From assembly GCF_000143415.4 (NCBI RefSeq), contig NW_003314398.1, positions 288,133 to 352,132 of the forward strand: 64,000 nucleotides of DNA, in the 5' to 3' direction. How positions within the stretch are numbered: position 1 is the stretch's first letter; every line of letters starts with the position of its first letter. Under the pieces are notes generated by a model. It was given only the letters and a program-made list of their open reading frames with translations. It did not search any database and was not told the origin of the DNA. The DNA is from Selaginella moellendorffii (Eukaryota > Plantae > Lycopodiophyta). Of this stretch, positions 24,732 through 37,189 are shown piece by piece. The translations under genes and the position numbers were made by a program.

Positions 24732-26805
24732 AGAAGAGATGGCATTACTATTGGGTTTAAATCCTGATAGTGTGGAGAGTGATGAAATTCCAAGATTATT
24801 GTATAGGCGTTGGAGGCAAAAAATAACAGTCTGAGATGGCATGTATTTATTTAAAAATATAACTTATTATGGCATGGGGTTCCATGCCATTGTATTAATA
24901 TTAAAAGACAATTCTTTGAGAGGATTTGCATTATACTAGAAGTGTTACAGCATGTTATTGGAAGTCTACGAAGTTGTTTTATTAATAAGGGGAAAGTAAA
25001 GATTGAATGGGGACTTGGGCTCCACCTAGACTCGGAGCAACTGAGCCAATATTAAAAGGATGGAAAGAAATTGGATGACGATGACAAAGAGAAGAGAGAG
25101 GTGAAGCAGTGGCAGGGGGAGGAGAAGTGATTGAGTAGACATTTCCTTGTTTAAAATAAAATGGCATGTGCCTCAATACAGTTGAATTTTGTTATATTTA
25201 TATACTATATAAAGGTTTGGAAACCTTATTTTACAAGTGGGATAATGACAATTCCCACTTTAACGAAATAGAGCTTCAATGCTCTATCTATATCATTGTA
25301 GCGCACGTGGTTTTTACCCTTTATCCTATGGTGGTTTACCATAGGATAACACCACGAAGCGGAACCTAAACCCTCTTTATGCCACATGACACATGCCACA
25401 TATCATATGCCACATGTCCATAGGATAGTGGTGCGGAACCCGAGGTTCAGGGCCTTAGGCCATTGAATGAAGGAACGGTGTCAAACTCCCAAGCATAGAG
25501 CCAAGGAATGATGGAATCGGTCCATGAAGCAACTCCCGAGCATACAGTCCAAGGAGCGAAGGAACAGGAGCCCGGAGCAACTTGGAACAGTCCTAGAGCA
25601 ACCAGCATCCCAATGCCAAGACTAGCACGAAAAATAGAGCCAAACGGAGTCTGGTGCTATTTTGGTATACTGATAGCCTAACGCGGGACATGGGTACTCC
25701 ACTAGCTAGCATGGAATGGAACTTGGGCTTAGACCCAAGCCGGACACAAAACAGAGACAGACACGCAAGCGAGAGCTAGACTGTGCCTCAGGTTGGTTGG
25801 CCATACCCAACCTACCCACTATCCCTACTATATATTTGGAACCCCCAACAGCTCCCCCCCCCGAGGAACACACGCTTTGGGCTTTCACCCCAAGCCTACC
25901 CTGTAGTTAGTCTCTAGGACAAGCTCGAAACTTACTAAATATAGAATGGTGCTAGATTGCGAATTTGGACACAAGACGAACACCATTGTGTTCAGGACAA
26001 TCTCTACATTCCATAGATATGCCAAATGAGCAAATCTGGACACTTTCCATAAATAGCATTTGGGACCGAATTGAGACTAACACAAAGGGCATGATAGCAA
26101 GGGTGTTTGGCAAACACAGTAAACTATCATCTAGCAATATTGAGGGACCAAGCTCAATATCGCGAGGGTTCCCAACACTAGCAAATGCAAGTCAACGAAT
26201 GAGTTTCTCTAACCAGGTTAAGTATGCTTGACTAAATAAACACTTAGGAATTCCTTCCTTATGCTCATCTGATCAAGTGCACATGCGAAAACCAGTTTCT
26301 TGACTAGCTTAGGCGGAGACTGATAATGAGCCTAACAATACCGACCTCCTACCATCGTGGCAGTAAGGTAAGAGTGTCCGTAAGGATTGGCCAACAGGTA
26401 ACTTTCGATATCCGAAATCACATTCGCAACACTCTCCCCCTAGGGAAGATTGATGTCCTCATCGATGCATACTCGAGTCTAAAATACTGCCAAAGAAACA
26501 ACTCCAGAAAAAGTTCATGGTACTCACACTATGTGAGAAATGCACCATCTTAAATGAGTTATGAGCCAACCTCTTTGTCTAATGCAGATGCGCTACCAGC
26601 TCAGACACCTTCTGGCTATCGCTGACAAGGAAATGACCAACAGAGTCAGCCACCCTTGCTGCTTTGGGAGTCACCCAGCATACAAAAGTGTGATACGTTA
26701 CAAGGACATAGAGAGAGAAGCCAGAGGCCCCAACCCTCCTAAACAAAGAAACCAAACCCGTCGGTAAGGTTTAGATAGACTACTGTAAACAGGCAGTTAG
26801 AGTTG

Positions 26806-27001
26806 TGTAAGCTCCTAAGTTTGGACTTCCCAGGAGGTCACCCAACCCAGTACTATTCAAACCCAAGGACACTTAACCGCAAGTATCCCAAGACCCTTTA
26901 CCGATTGGAAAACGGGGTGCACTCTTATTCATGGGCCCTTTTCCCTCTATATTTGAACCCCTATGGATCGTCTCTTGAGTCGTTCCCTTTGGTTGCTTAC
27001 A
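26806..27001 (-). mobile_element. Cassandra solo LTR
   Basis: 196-bp reverse complement of 3743-3938, flanked by TSD AGTTG; same insertion site as the full-length copy. Confidence 0.92.
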
Positions 27002-28979
27002 AGTTGTTTACACGGTCACGCCCTTTTAACAGAATAAGGAACATCGACAGAGAGGCAAGTGATGTGACCAATCGACAGTAGCTACCCTATGACTAGAAAT
27101 TTCACCATGCACACGAAGTGCCGAAGCCAGTTTGCCTATACTGGCCCAAGTTCCAAGATCAATAGATGGACAATATCAAAGTCAGAGACAATGATATCTA
27201 AGAGACTGAAGTATCAGTGAGTAAAGCTTAGATTAGAACACAAAAGTATTCCAAGTAAGTTATCATCTGATAAACTAGTATTATAGTATAGCAACCACCA
27301 AGATCATCATAATTGGTAAACATAGGAATCACCATCCAACAAAACTCAATAGCAAGCATATCAGCAAAAAACTCAATGATAAAACTTAATTACTGAAGAT
27401 GGCAGATAGTATGCTAAATAACTTACGAAAAATAACTCAAAGTAACTCAAAAAACACAAAGTATCATTGACTGGCAAGCAAAATGCTCACGAATGTATCA
27501 CCCAAAAGTAATAACATCTCAATCTATCAGAGTTAACTCGAGCAATAATCAACAGAATAGAATGAATGTTGCATGGCCAACAAACACTCGTTCATACCAA
27601 TTATTACACTAGCTAATCTATATAGATCCTAGTCAATAATACCAACGAACTAGAGTCGCTTAAGCAAGTGTCAACAACGTCCTACTAACGTCTCAAACCC
27701 AAGAGACCAATTCACGGCAAACCACAAAGAACATGTGATATTGCGAAAAGCCATAAACCATCAAAAAGAACAACTAACCATCATGAAAGATCATCAATCA
27801 TCCCATCAAAAGAAGATATGCAAAATCATCATTAAAGAAGGAATCCACCATTGCAAAAAATGGCAAATCATTCTTTATCAACAATAATTAAACAAAACTT
27901 CAAACAAGAATAATCAATTATCCTAGATGATTGCCACATGCAAATACTAACTTCAACATTGAAGCTAATGAGCCAAAATGTCTTCCCCAACAACTTCTAA
28001 CAAATGGACCATAAGCATGAAAACTCAAGGAACCAAAAGCTCAAAGAAGCTTATAGTCAAGTCTTGCCTAATAATGATCACAAGTTTTGTATGAACTAAC
28101 TTCAATGCTAAAGAAGAAATCATAGTGCAACCCACAATATCTTCCTTAACACATCCATAAGCCGAACTTCATAATGCAAAGCTAATGAAGAGCATGTTTG
28201 CATCAATCCAAAAGCCAAACATAACGAAGTTATGCTCGACAAGTGATCACCAAACGATCCTCCATGAATCTATCTATAGTAAGACGTAACTCACTTCATA
28301 ACAAGCACAAGAAGAATCATCAATGATCGATATATTCCAACTCAAACCCAATAATGATTCAAACTTTCCAATATCGATCACTAACTCTTCCACTTGTAGA
28401 GTTAGCATAGTCCATGACTGAATCACTTTTCAAGGAAAAGCCAGAGCTCAACCCCTACTAAACAATCTTGTCGAGACTACAACTAACTCAAACTTGCCAC
28501 TCAGTTCATTTGAATGCTAACGTAAGTGCTAACTAGCAAATGCACGAATGCCAATAACACAAGTCATAGCCAAATCATCAACACTATCTTCATCAAGACT
28601 AATGAAACTTGACATCAATCTTGCAGAGAGACATTTCATCCCACTTGAATCTCAATATCAACAATGTTAACGACAAGGCATCACTTCAATGCCATCAGCA
28701 CTAGAACAAAACTATAAGAAAACACGAGTGAATCACCACCCAAAACTCTCTTGCAACCAAGCTAGCCAAAGTCAAAGATACTATATTTAGTATCCGAAAC
28801 CAATTCTTCAGCAAAACTCAGTTACAGATAACACTTCCTCAAGGAGTGAGTCACCACATCCAAGACTCAATGAAATTCAACACTACAAACTAAACGCAAC
28901 CAAATGATATTAACAGAGGTAGAGTCGACATGCCAACATAGAAAACCCATGTAAGTCTAACGACACAATCCTCCGCAAC

Positions 28980-29653
28980 TGTAGCGCACCTTATCTCTCT
29001 CCCCTTAAGCCAACTGGAAAAGGGGCAATTGCTTGATAAGAGAGCCCTTAGTGGCTATTTTATCCCCATTTATCCTCCAAGGTTCCAAGGATCCACGGTG
29101 ACAGTATATCCAAATCTCATCCCATGATCACATGCGCTACACTCACCCCCCCTTCAGAGATGTCAATGTCCTCATTGACTATTGACTAACAACCCCTACT
29201 GAGCCAAGGGGAACCAGCACCTCCATTTCCGCACTCAATCTACCAATCCTTCCATTGTGTAGACCAGCTATTCCATGTGAGGCAACTAGTCATCCACCCA
29301 TACCGCAGTCCCACGGTGGATACCTTCGTCCGAGGATACTCCACACAAGAGGAAGGACGTACGCCTGGATATCCAATACGTACGATTTCAAATTTAGGGG
29401 TAGGAATATACCTTGCTCAAGGGTATATTATATTTTTAAGTAGCCACTAATCAATGGGAATCGAACCCATGCCATTTGCTCTAATACCAACTGTAACGCA
29501 CTTTATCTCTCTCCCTTTAAGCCAACTGGAAAAGGGGCAATTGCTTGATGAGAGAGCCCTTAGTGGCTATTTTATTCCCATTTATCCCCCAAGGTTCCAA
29601 GGATCCACGGTGACAGTATATCCAAATCTCATCCCATGATCACATGCGCTACA
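28980..29653 (-). mobile_element. TRIM (family B), 162-bp LTRs
   Basis: LTRs 28980-29141 and 29492-29653, TSD GCAAC, PBS tggtattagagc, PPT ggggggtgag. Confidence 0.92.
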
Positions 29654-31240
29654 GCAACACCATTTGGTAAAGCAAGCCCATCATTGCCAAATCATCATAG
29701 AGTGAAGTAAGTGTCAAAAGCCCTTGACAAAGTCTATTAATAATCACTAGTCGCAAAACAACTAACAATCATTCTTCAACTTGCCTTCACTAGACCCAAC
29801 ACTAAACTCATGCTATCGAGTCATATACTTGTCCAGCATGAACATAATACCCCAGATACGAGATAAAGGTTCATGGACAAGCATGAACTAAATGACCACT
29901 CGAATCCAACTCAACCGCAATAAGCTCACCAATACGTTTAGCCAACAACTCTGAGAATGCCTTTTGAAGAGGCTAGCTATGCATGATCAACACTCAGTCG
30001 AAACTAAAGTGAAGATCATGAGATGGACTCATATCGGTACACAACCTCCTCATAGACAAAGCTATGGTACGGGTACCAACATCTCAAACTCAAACAACTA
30101 AGTTAAACATCACTATCTTCAACCAAAGTGCAGGGCTACCAAGACCAAATCAAGATCAGTGAGAGCTCATTACTCTCATAGAGTCTCAACAAAATGCAAG
30201 GTGCAACCTACCACCTAGCACAATACTACAAAAGAAAGGCACAAGGGTCACCTTTCTAGAAAAGTGCAATAGCCACTTTTTTTCACCAACTCCAGACTCT
30301 ATCCAACTCAATTGCCTTAGCCCCAAAAGTCAGCATCCCTTTTGGGCCGTATCATACAAATTACCTACTAAAATCTAAGCCAATTGAAGTCAACTCCAAT
30401 CCCTTCACTAGTTTGTACTGGCTTACGAAAATGAAATGGTTTTCAGACAAAGTGATCAACAGATCAACCATTGGAAAAGCTTAAGAAAATTTGTAAAAAT
30501 TTTCCATCCCAAAGAAAGAATGACTCTCAGTCCAGGAAGGCAAACTTTCAAGACTCAATCAACTTCTTCCTACTAACAACTTCACATAGGTTCACCTCAA
30601 CACAAATTCTCATGACCCATAATATGCTTAAGCCTCAAACATCTCTTTTTGCCCATACTTCCGACATCCAACTCCAACATCCGAAAAATGCAAAAATGAA
30701 CATCCAAGGCTTGATCACGAAAACCACATCTTCAGATATCCATATTGCACTAACACTCTTCTTCAATCACCTTCAAGATCCAATGTGAAGCCAAAACACT
30801 AATAAGAAAAATGACATGGAAAATCAAGTTTTAAAGAAAGTTCCCCATCACTCAAAATAACAATGCCACTTCCACTAACATAAGTGCTAGTGATGTTAAT
30901 GCCTTAACTACACACCTTCTCCATCCAACAATCTACTCCAAGTGTTAACGGATCAACCAACAAGCCATAGCAAGTGAATGCTACAACCCTTTTCTAACAC
31001 CACAGTGGGCAAACTCAAAGAAACAAGGTACCAACATAAGCTTAACATAATTAAACCATTATTGAGAATCTAGTCAAAGCTACTACAATGCTATTTCTTG
31101 CAAATAGGCTAGCTTCTCCATCAACCACTTTGGGGTTGATCATCGTCTAACCAAGCAACTTCATAAACACATTACTCATTATCACATGGATATGATATAG
31201 TATCACAATGACTTGATCATCAATTGAGCAACACCATAAG

Positions 31241-32272
31241 CGATGTCTATGCTATTACTACAAAGATTTATGTGAGTATCAAGTGCAAACTCGATTTGAC
31301 AAAATGCAACATAAATGCCACACTCCACCAATAGAGATTTATAACACTGAACACCACCAACTTTTGTTCACAACATGGACAAGTTCATGCCACTCTTTTT
31401 CTGACCAAACTCAAAACTAATCCATCACCAAGTTACTCAAGGAGCAATAGTAAGGTTCCCTAGAAAAGAATCGAGCATTACAACCCAAATCTTCAAAAGC
31501 AAGCTTAGACAAAATGGTTTAGCGCTTCACCGCTATGCATCCCACGACTCACCACTTGCAAAACCATTATCTCCAACATGCATCAAGGTAGGGACTCTTG
31601 ATTGCATAATGTGACCACAAGCAATGAGTCACACCTCGTTGCAAATCATCTCTCCAAGAAGAGAAGATGACTTACGTGTTTGATCTTTTGTCCCCGATGA
31701 CTCTCTTTTCGTTCTCAACTTTGACTAAACCTCAAGCTTGCGTTCGCACTACCTTCGATGTCTATGTCATTACTTCAAAGGTTTATGTGAGTATCAAGTG
31801 CAAACTCGATTCGACAGAATGCAACATAAATGTCAAACTCCACCGATAGAGATTTACAACATTCAACACCACTAACTTTTATTCACAACACGGACAAACT
31901 TATGCCACTCTCTTTTCAACAAAACTCAAAATTAATCCAACACTAAGCTACTCAAAGAACAATAGCAAGGTTTCCCAGAAAAGAATTGAGCACTGTAACT
32001 CAAGTCTTCCAATAGCAAACTTAGACAAAATGGTTTAGCACTTCACCGCTATCCATCCCATAACTCACCATTTGTAAGACTATCATCTCCAAGATGCATC
32101 AAGGTAAGGACTCTTGATTGCATAATATGAACACGAGCAATGAGTTAACACTTTGTTGCAAATCATCTCTCCAAGAATAGAAAATGATTTACATGTTTGA
32201 TCCTTCGTCCCCGATGACTCTCTTTTCAGTCTCATCTTTGACTAAACCTCAAGCTTGCTTTCGCACTGCCTT
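31241..32272. repeat. Tandem duplication of about 515 bp in the family A internal region
   Basis: Units start cgatgtctatg at 31241 and 31756, and both end ctcaagcttgc.ttcgcact.cctt. Confidence 0.85.
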
Positions 32273-33947
32273 CAGTCTAATCTAAGAAAAGTTTATAAGA
32301 GAGCACGGCAACAATTACTTGAATCAATAGACTCATCCCTACAACCTTAATTGATCCACTTGTAACCATGCCTAAGAAGGATCCACTAGTGCCATGCTAA
32401 ATAGCTATGGACCAGCCTATTGCCACTCATAGCAAACCCAGGGAAAGTTTACTTTCACTCATGGTACATGGAACAACTCATGGAACCACCGATAGGCTAA
32501 CATTAATCCTGCCAACTCAAAGTGTAATCTCGAGTTGTTAATGTGCCTCACTCACAAGCCCAAGCACAAACTCATGCTACCAGAACAACTCAATCCCTCT
32601 TATAAGCCCAAGAGCAAGCTCATATTATTACAGTACAAAAGGGAACCAAATCCATACCCAAGGAACAATTGCGAAGTCTTTGCACCCAAATGTGTACCCA
32701 CTCGGATCATCGTTTTCATCTCTGCATATGCAATGAGACTAGTTGCACAATCTCATTGTATAGTACTCACTGAGACTCATTCTCTGATACCAAATGTAGC
32801 GCACGTGGTTTTTACCCTTTATCCTATGGTGGTTTACCATAGGATAACACCACGAAGCGGAACCTAAACCCTCTTTATGCCACATGACACATGCCACATA
32901 TCATATGCCACATGTCCATAGGACAGTGGTGTGGAACCCAAGGTTCAAGGCCTTGGGCCACTGAACGAAGGAATGGTGCCAAACTCCCAAACATGGAGCC
33001 AAGGAATGATGGAACCGGTCCACGAAGCAACTCCCGAGTATACAGCCCAAGGAGCAAAGGAACAGGAGCCCGGAGTGACTTGGAACAGTCCTGGAGCAAC
33101 CAGCATCCCAATGCCAGGACCAGCACACAAAACGGAGCCAAATGGAGTCTGGCGCTATTTCGGCATATCGGTGGTTTAACGCGAGGACATGGGTACTGCT
33201 AGCATGGAATGGAACTTGGGCTTAGACCCAAGCCGAACACAGAACAAGGACAGGCACGCAAACAAGAGCTAGATTATGCCTCAGGTTGGTTGGCCATACC
33301 CGACGTACCCATTATCCCTACTATACATTTTAGAACCCCCCAAAACCCCCCCCCCCCCCCCCCCCCTTCCCCTTTGAGGAACACACGTTTTGGGCTTTCA
33401 ACCCTTAGTACCAGGAGTTAGTCTTTGGGATAAGCTTGAAACTTGTTAAATATGGAATGGCACTAGATTACGAATTTGGACACGAGACGAACACCATTGT
33501 GTTCAGGACAATCTCTACATTCCGTAGATATGCCAAATGAGCAAATCTGGACACTTTCCATAAATAGCATTTGGGACCGAATTGAGATTAACACAAAGGG
33601 CATGATAACAAGGGTGTTTGGCAAACATGATAAGCTATCATCTAGCAATATTGAGGGACCAAGCTCAATATCGCGGGGGTTCTCAACACTAGCAAATGCA
33701 AGTCAACGAATGAATTTCTCTAACCAGGTCAAGTATGCTTGACTAAATAGACACTTAGGAATTCCTTCCTTATGCTCATCTGGTCAAGTGCACATGCGAA
33801 GACTAATTTCTCGACTAGCCTAGGCGGATACTGATAACGGGCCCAATAATACCAACCTCCTGCCATCGTGGCAGTAAGGTAAGAGTGTTTGTAAGGACTA
33901 GCCGACAGGTAACTTTCAATACCCGAAGTCACAGTCACGACAATCAT

Positions 33948-35342
33948 GAAGCCTGAAGATGGTTAATGGATTTTCAAGTAATGGTAAGTTTGTTACACAA
34001 CTTACAATCCTAGAAGTATCTAAGATAGTGGCTTTATATGGTAGATAGCTCCAAATAATGAGTTTATCTATTTCCAAACTTTGTTCAACCTAGAGCTCCA
34101 AACACTAAATTTCAAGGTGGTCTATGGTAATGTAATTGGAGGAGCCTTGATCTAGGAGATAGTTATTATTGATGGGGGTGGCTCATGTGAAAATGCTATC
34201 AGGGGCCATCCTTTAGATTCCCTGAAATGTAAACTCTAATAGTATTAATCTCTATCATTGTTTATATATTCTCTTATGCTTTGTTTTCTCCAATCTAAAG
34301 GATTGTTTATAAATGGTGAGGGGAATTTCTATTGACACTTGCAAAAGCCAACACAATTGAGAAACCTGCATCAAAGAAAGAAGGACATGGTAAGTATTGT
34401 ATATGCTTTTAAATTGCATCTTCACAAAGTTGTTTTTTCTTTCCTTAGGCTATATACATTAGGTGGCTTTTATTTTTAGCATTTTAGAACAATGCTCAAG
34501 TATTAAAGGGTTATTGCCACTAGGGAGGTTCTTAGTCTAGATGATCACAGACTCAATCAAGGAGGAGTTTACAAATAATACTTGAAGTGTTACACACCAA
34601 AGGTATGGAATTTTTTGGATATACTATATAAGGCAATAGCTTGCATAGACCGAATAACCAACGCAAGACTATGGACTACATGTTGGAGAATAACAATACC
34701 ATTACATACTTGAACACATATGCAAGATTGGTGAACATCAATACTGATAATGAAGAGGTCATCAAGCATTGTATAAGAGTGGTTGTCTAGAAATTTTTGT
34801 TCAATAATTTGAGTGCAGTGGGGGATTGGCTACAAGCTGGATTCTACCATTCCATGGTCATAGAAGCTAAGCACCGGTTGCATATGAGTGGCATTTTACT
34901 TGGAGCACTTACTTGCATTGGGACAGATGCACTATGTCAAGCATTCAAAGTGCAAACAATGATCAACACGAGAGAACTCTTTAACTGTTTGGTTTTTAGA
35001 TCAAATTTTAGTGACAACTAAATGCAATGGATTGAGGAGGTAATTAGAGGTAAGTACAATGTTTCTTTTGTCTTGTTCATTAGCTCTAACTGTGTAATGC
35101 CAGAGATGAGTTCCAAATGGTTGTCACTACTCCACAACTTTGTGGTGGACTCACCAAAATTCCATCTATGGTCACCAATCTGTATCAATTGTGACACCTC
35201 TAATACAAATTCAACCCGCTACCCAACTCTATCAATGTGCACTCACTCCATTACCTTCCCACAAAGCTACCCAACGAAGAAATGGCTTAAAAAGAAGCTT
35301 GAATTTGCTATTCAAAACCCCTTGTACTATGGAAATATTTAA
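33948..35342 (+). pseudogene. HECT-type E3 ubiquitin ligase pseudogene (3' part)
   Basis: The C-terminus YPTLSMCTHSITFPQSYPTKKWLKKKLEFAIQNPLYYGNI* fits a HECT C-lobe with the catalytic Cys. IDGGG near 34170 resembles the N-lobe start. Short GT-AG introns and many stops. Confidence 0.6.
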
Positions 35343-37189
35343 GAACTTTTGAGAGCATATGATTTTGTCCTTGTTAAACACTTTTCAACTATGTTATCCT
35401 CAGAACTTAAATGAAAAGAAGACTTACCTAGATCTTCCACTATTAGAAATAAACTAGATGAAGATTGTGACAAACACCCATTATAGCCTTTTGTCACCAT
35501 ACTCTCTAGCTTTGGAACTAATAGTTGTGTTTATCAACGATGAGATTAGAGAATTTATAGTTGGAGAGAAAATTGAGTTGTGGGCATGATCTTGATTAAA
35601 GATATCATCTTTGAAGTCTTCTTCAGCTGTCCAATACCCTTCTTCAGTTATAATGTACCTGTTGTCATCATTCATATCACTTGCTATGTTTCTATTGATG
35701 TGCAAGGGATTATGAGGATTATGAGAGATGGCTTTGGTGACAATCTATCTTGGCATACTATTTTGTCTTAATCTACAATGACTGTAACTCGTTAATGGTG
35801 TGTAGTTTGCAAACAAAAATGAGTGGTTGCCTTCTAGATAGATAAGTAGAATGGAGAGGCTTTTGGAACACTTACAAGGCCCAAATTTGGTGTGGGCAAG
35901 ATTCAAGCCCACAGGTTTTGGAACCAAGAAAGTTACAAACCTTAATCACAAACACACAACTAGTAATGTAAACATATATTTAAAACATGAATCTTACCAA
36001 AGTTTCTATAATCCACCAATCTTTAAATAGGCTGACTCTTCTTCCATGGCACAAGCAGTACAAAGGGTAATTCAGCCCCATTATCAAAACATAACCTTAC
36101 AAATACAAAATAATCTACTCAGGAGAGGGATAGATAATATAACCCATAGATACTCCAATTTGGGTATTTGGGAGATCCAATTGCCTTTTCCTCTAAAACA
36201 ACGATGGCTAAGTCTTGAATGGGTATGATGGATATATTATAGGGATAGGCATGTATGACATATAGGATACAGGGGATGGGGTCATTCAAATGGCTATAAT
36301 GGCCATCCCAGAAATTCACAAGAAAATTTCAGTTGGGCAAAGGTATATTTAAGAGATATTCCAAGGTGTATTGGAATTTCACGAGACATATTATAAATGC
36401 ACCAATGAGAAGATGCCATGTGGCACATAGGTTTTCTGCTCAAGTATACAAATAGCATGCCATATGACACAATAAAGGAAAAAATATCAAAATTATCCAT
36501 ATATCTTAGGATATATTTCAATCTAGTAAGTGTGTTTTGGCCTCTCACTGGAGAAAGAAAAATGGCACTGCCACCTCTCCTTCCCCATGGGCAAGAAGTC
36601 AGTAAGACCCAGCCAGTACAAATATCTAAGCTATATATATTGAGCAATATCAAGATGTGGAAATCAAGGAATATAACCTTGAGTGGCAGCAAAGCAAACA
36701 GCCTATATCATTACATAGGTGCAATATAAACTTGTTGCATACTAATATAACAGTCACCATTTTTGAGTTAAGGTGGGTCAATAAGCTCATCCATAACTTC
36801 TTCAATATTACCAAATTTGCAATAGTGCCCAAGTAAAATTTATGTGTTCCTTGATTTGTAATATATTTTTGAGGTAAACTGTACTTAGTGATAATGCTAA
36901 CCTGTAATAAAGTATTATTTTGCCTTTTCTCAATCAAACCATAATAAGTTAATTCTCAGATTACTACTATCAAAGTTAACAATTTAGTAGAATAACATTT
37001 GCAGCAAAAGAATAAATGTAACCTAGTAAATTATACTAGAACATCTATAAATTTAAATTTTTTCCTATCAAGTTATAGGTGAAATTAAATTTAATAAACT
37101 ATGATTTCACTTAGAAGTGAAACATAATAAAATGAGCTTCCAACTTCCACTTCATCAAAAAACTTATTTCTAGGAGAATATTCTACTTG

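Larger units (their letters stand above)
12486..25178. repeat. Dispersed 20-bp palindrome TGGCRTGNGGCCNCAYGCCA, about 20 copies, within the DNA transposon
   Basis: Copies start at about 12801, 12891, 13491, 13651, 13797, 15138, 15195, 17041, 17111 (perfect palindrome), 17209, 17896, 19340, 19417, 19477, 20754, 22247, 22387, 23750, 23825 and 24870. Degenerate or half copies lie near 12486, 13300, 17825 and 25162. Confidence 0.92.
12259..25276. mobile_element. 13-kb cut-and-paste DNA transposon, Sola-like (DDD transposase, 4-bp TSD)
   Basis: Perfect 24-bp TIRs AAGCTCTATTTCGTTAAAGTGGGA (12259-12282; reverse complement 25253-25276). TSD CAAT at 12255-12258 and 25277-25280. The uninterrupted target is present inverted at 5857-5918. 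Internal transposase pseudogene. Confidence 0.93.
25297..33942 (-). mobile_element. Full-length family A LTR element (8.6 kb, non-autonomous)
   Basis: LTRs 25297-26431 and 32795-33942. TSD ATCAT at 25292-25296 and 33943-33947. Met PBS tggtatcagag (minus, about 32782-32792); PPT agggggagag next to 26431. No intact ORF. Confidence 0.92.

Noticed and set aside
12486-25178. CRISPR-like array from the repeated palindrome
   Set aside because: Spacing is irregular (tens to thousands of bp), copies lie in introns and exons, the context is eukaryotic and there are no cas genes.
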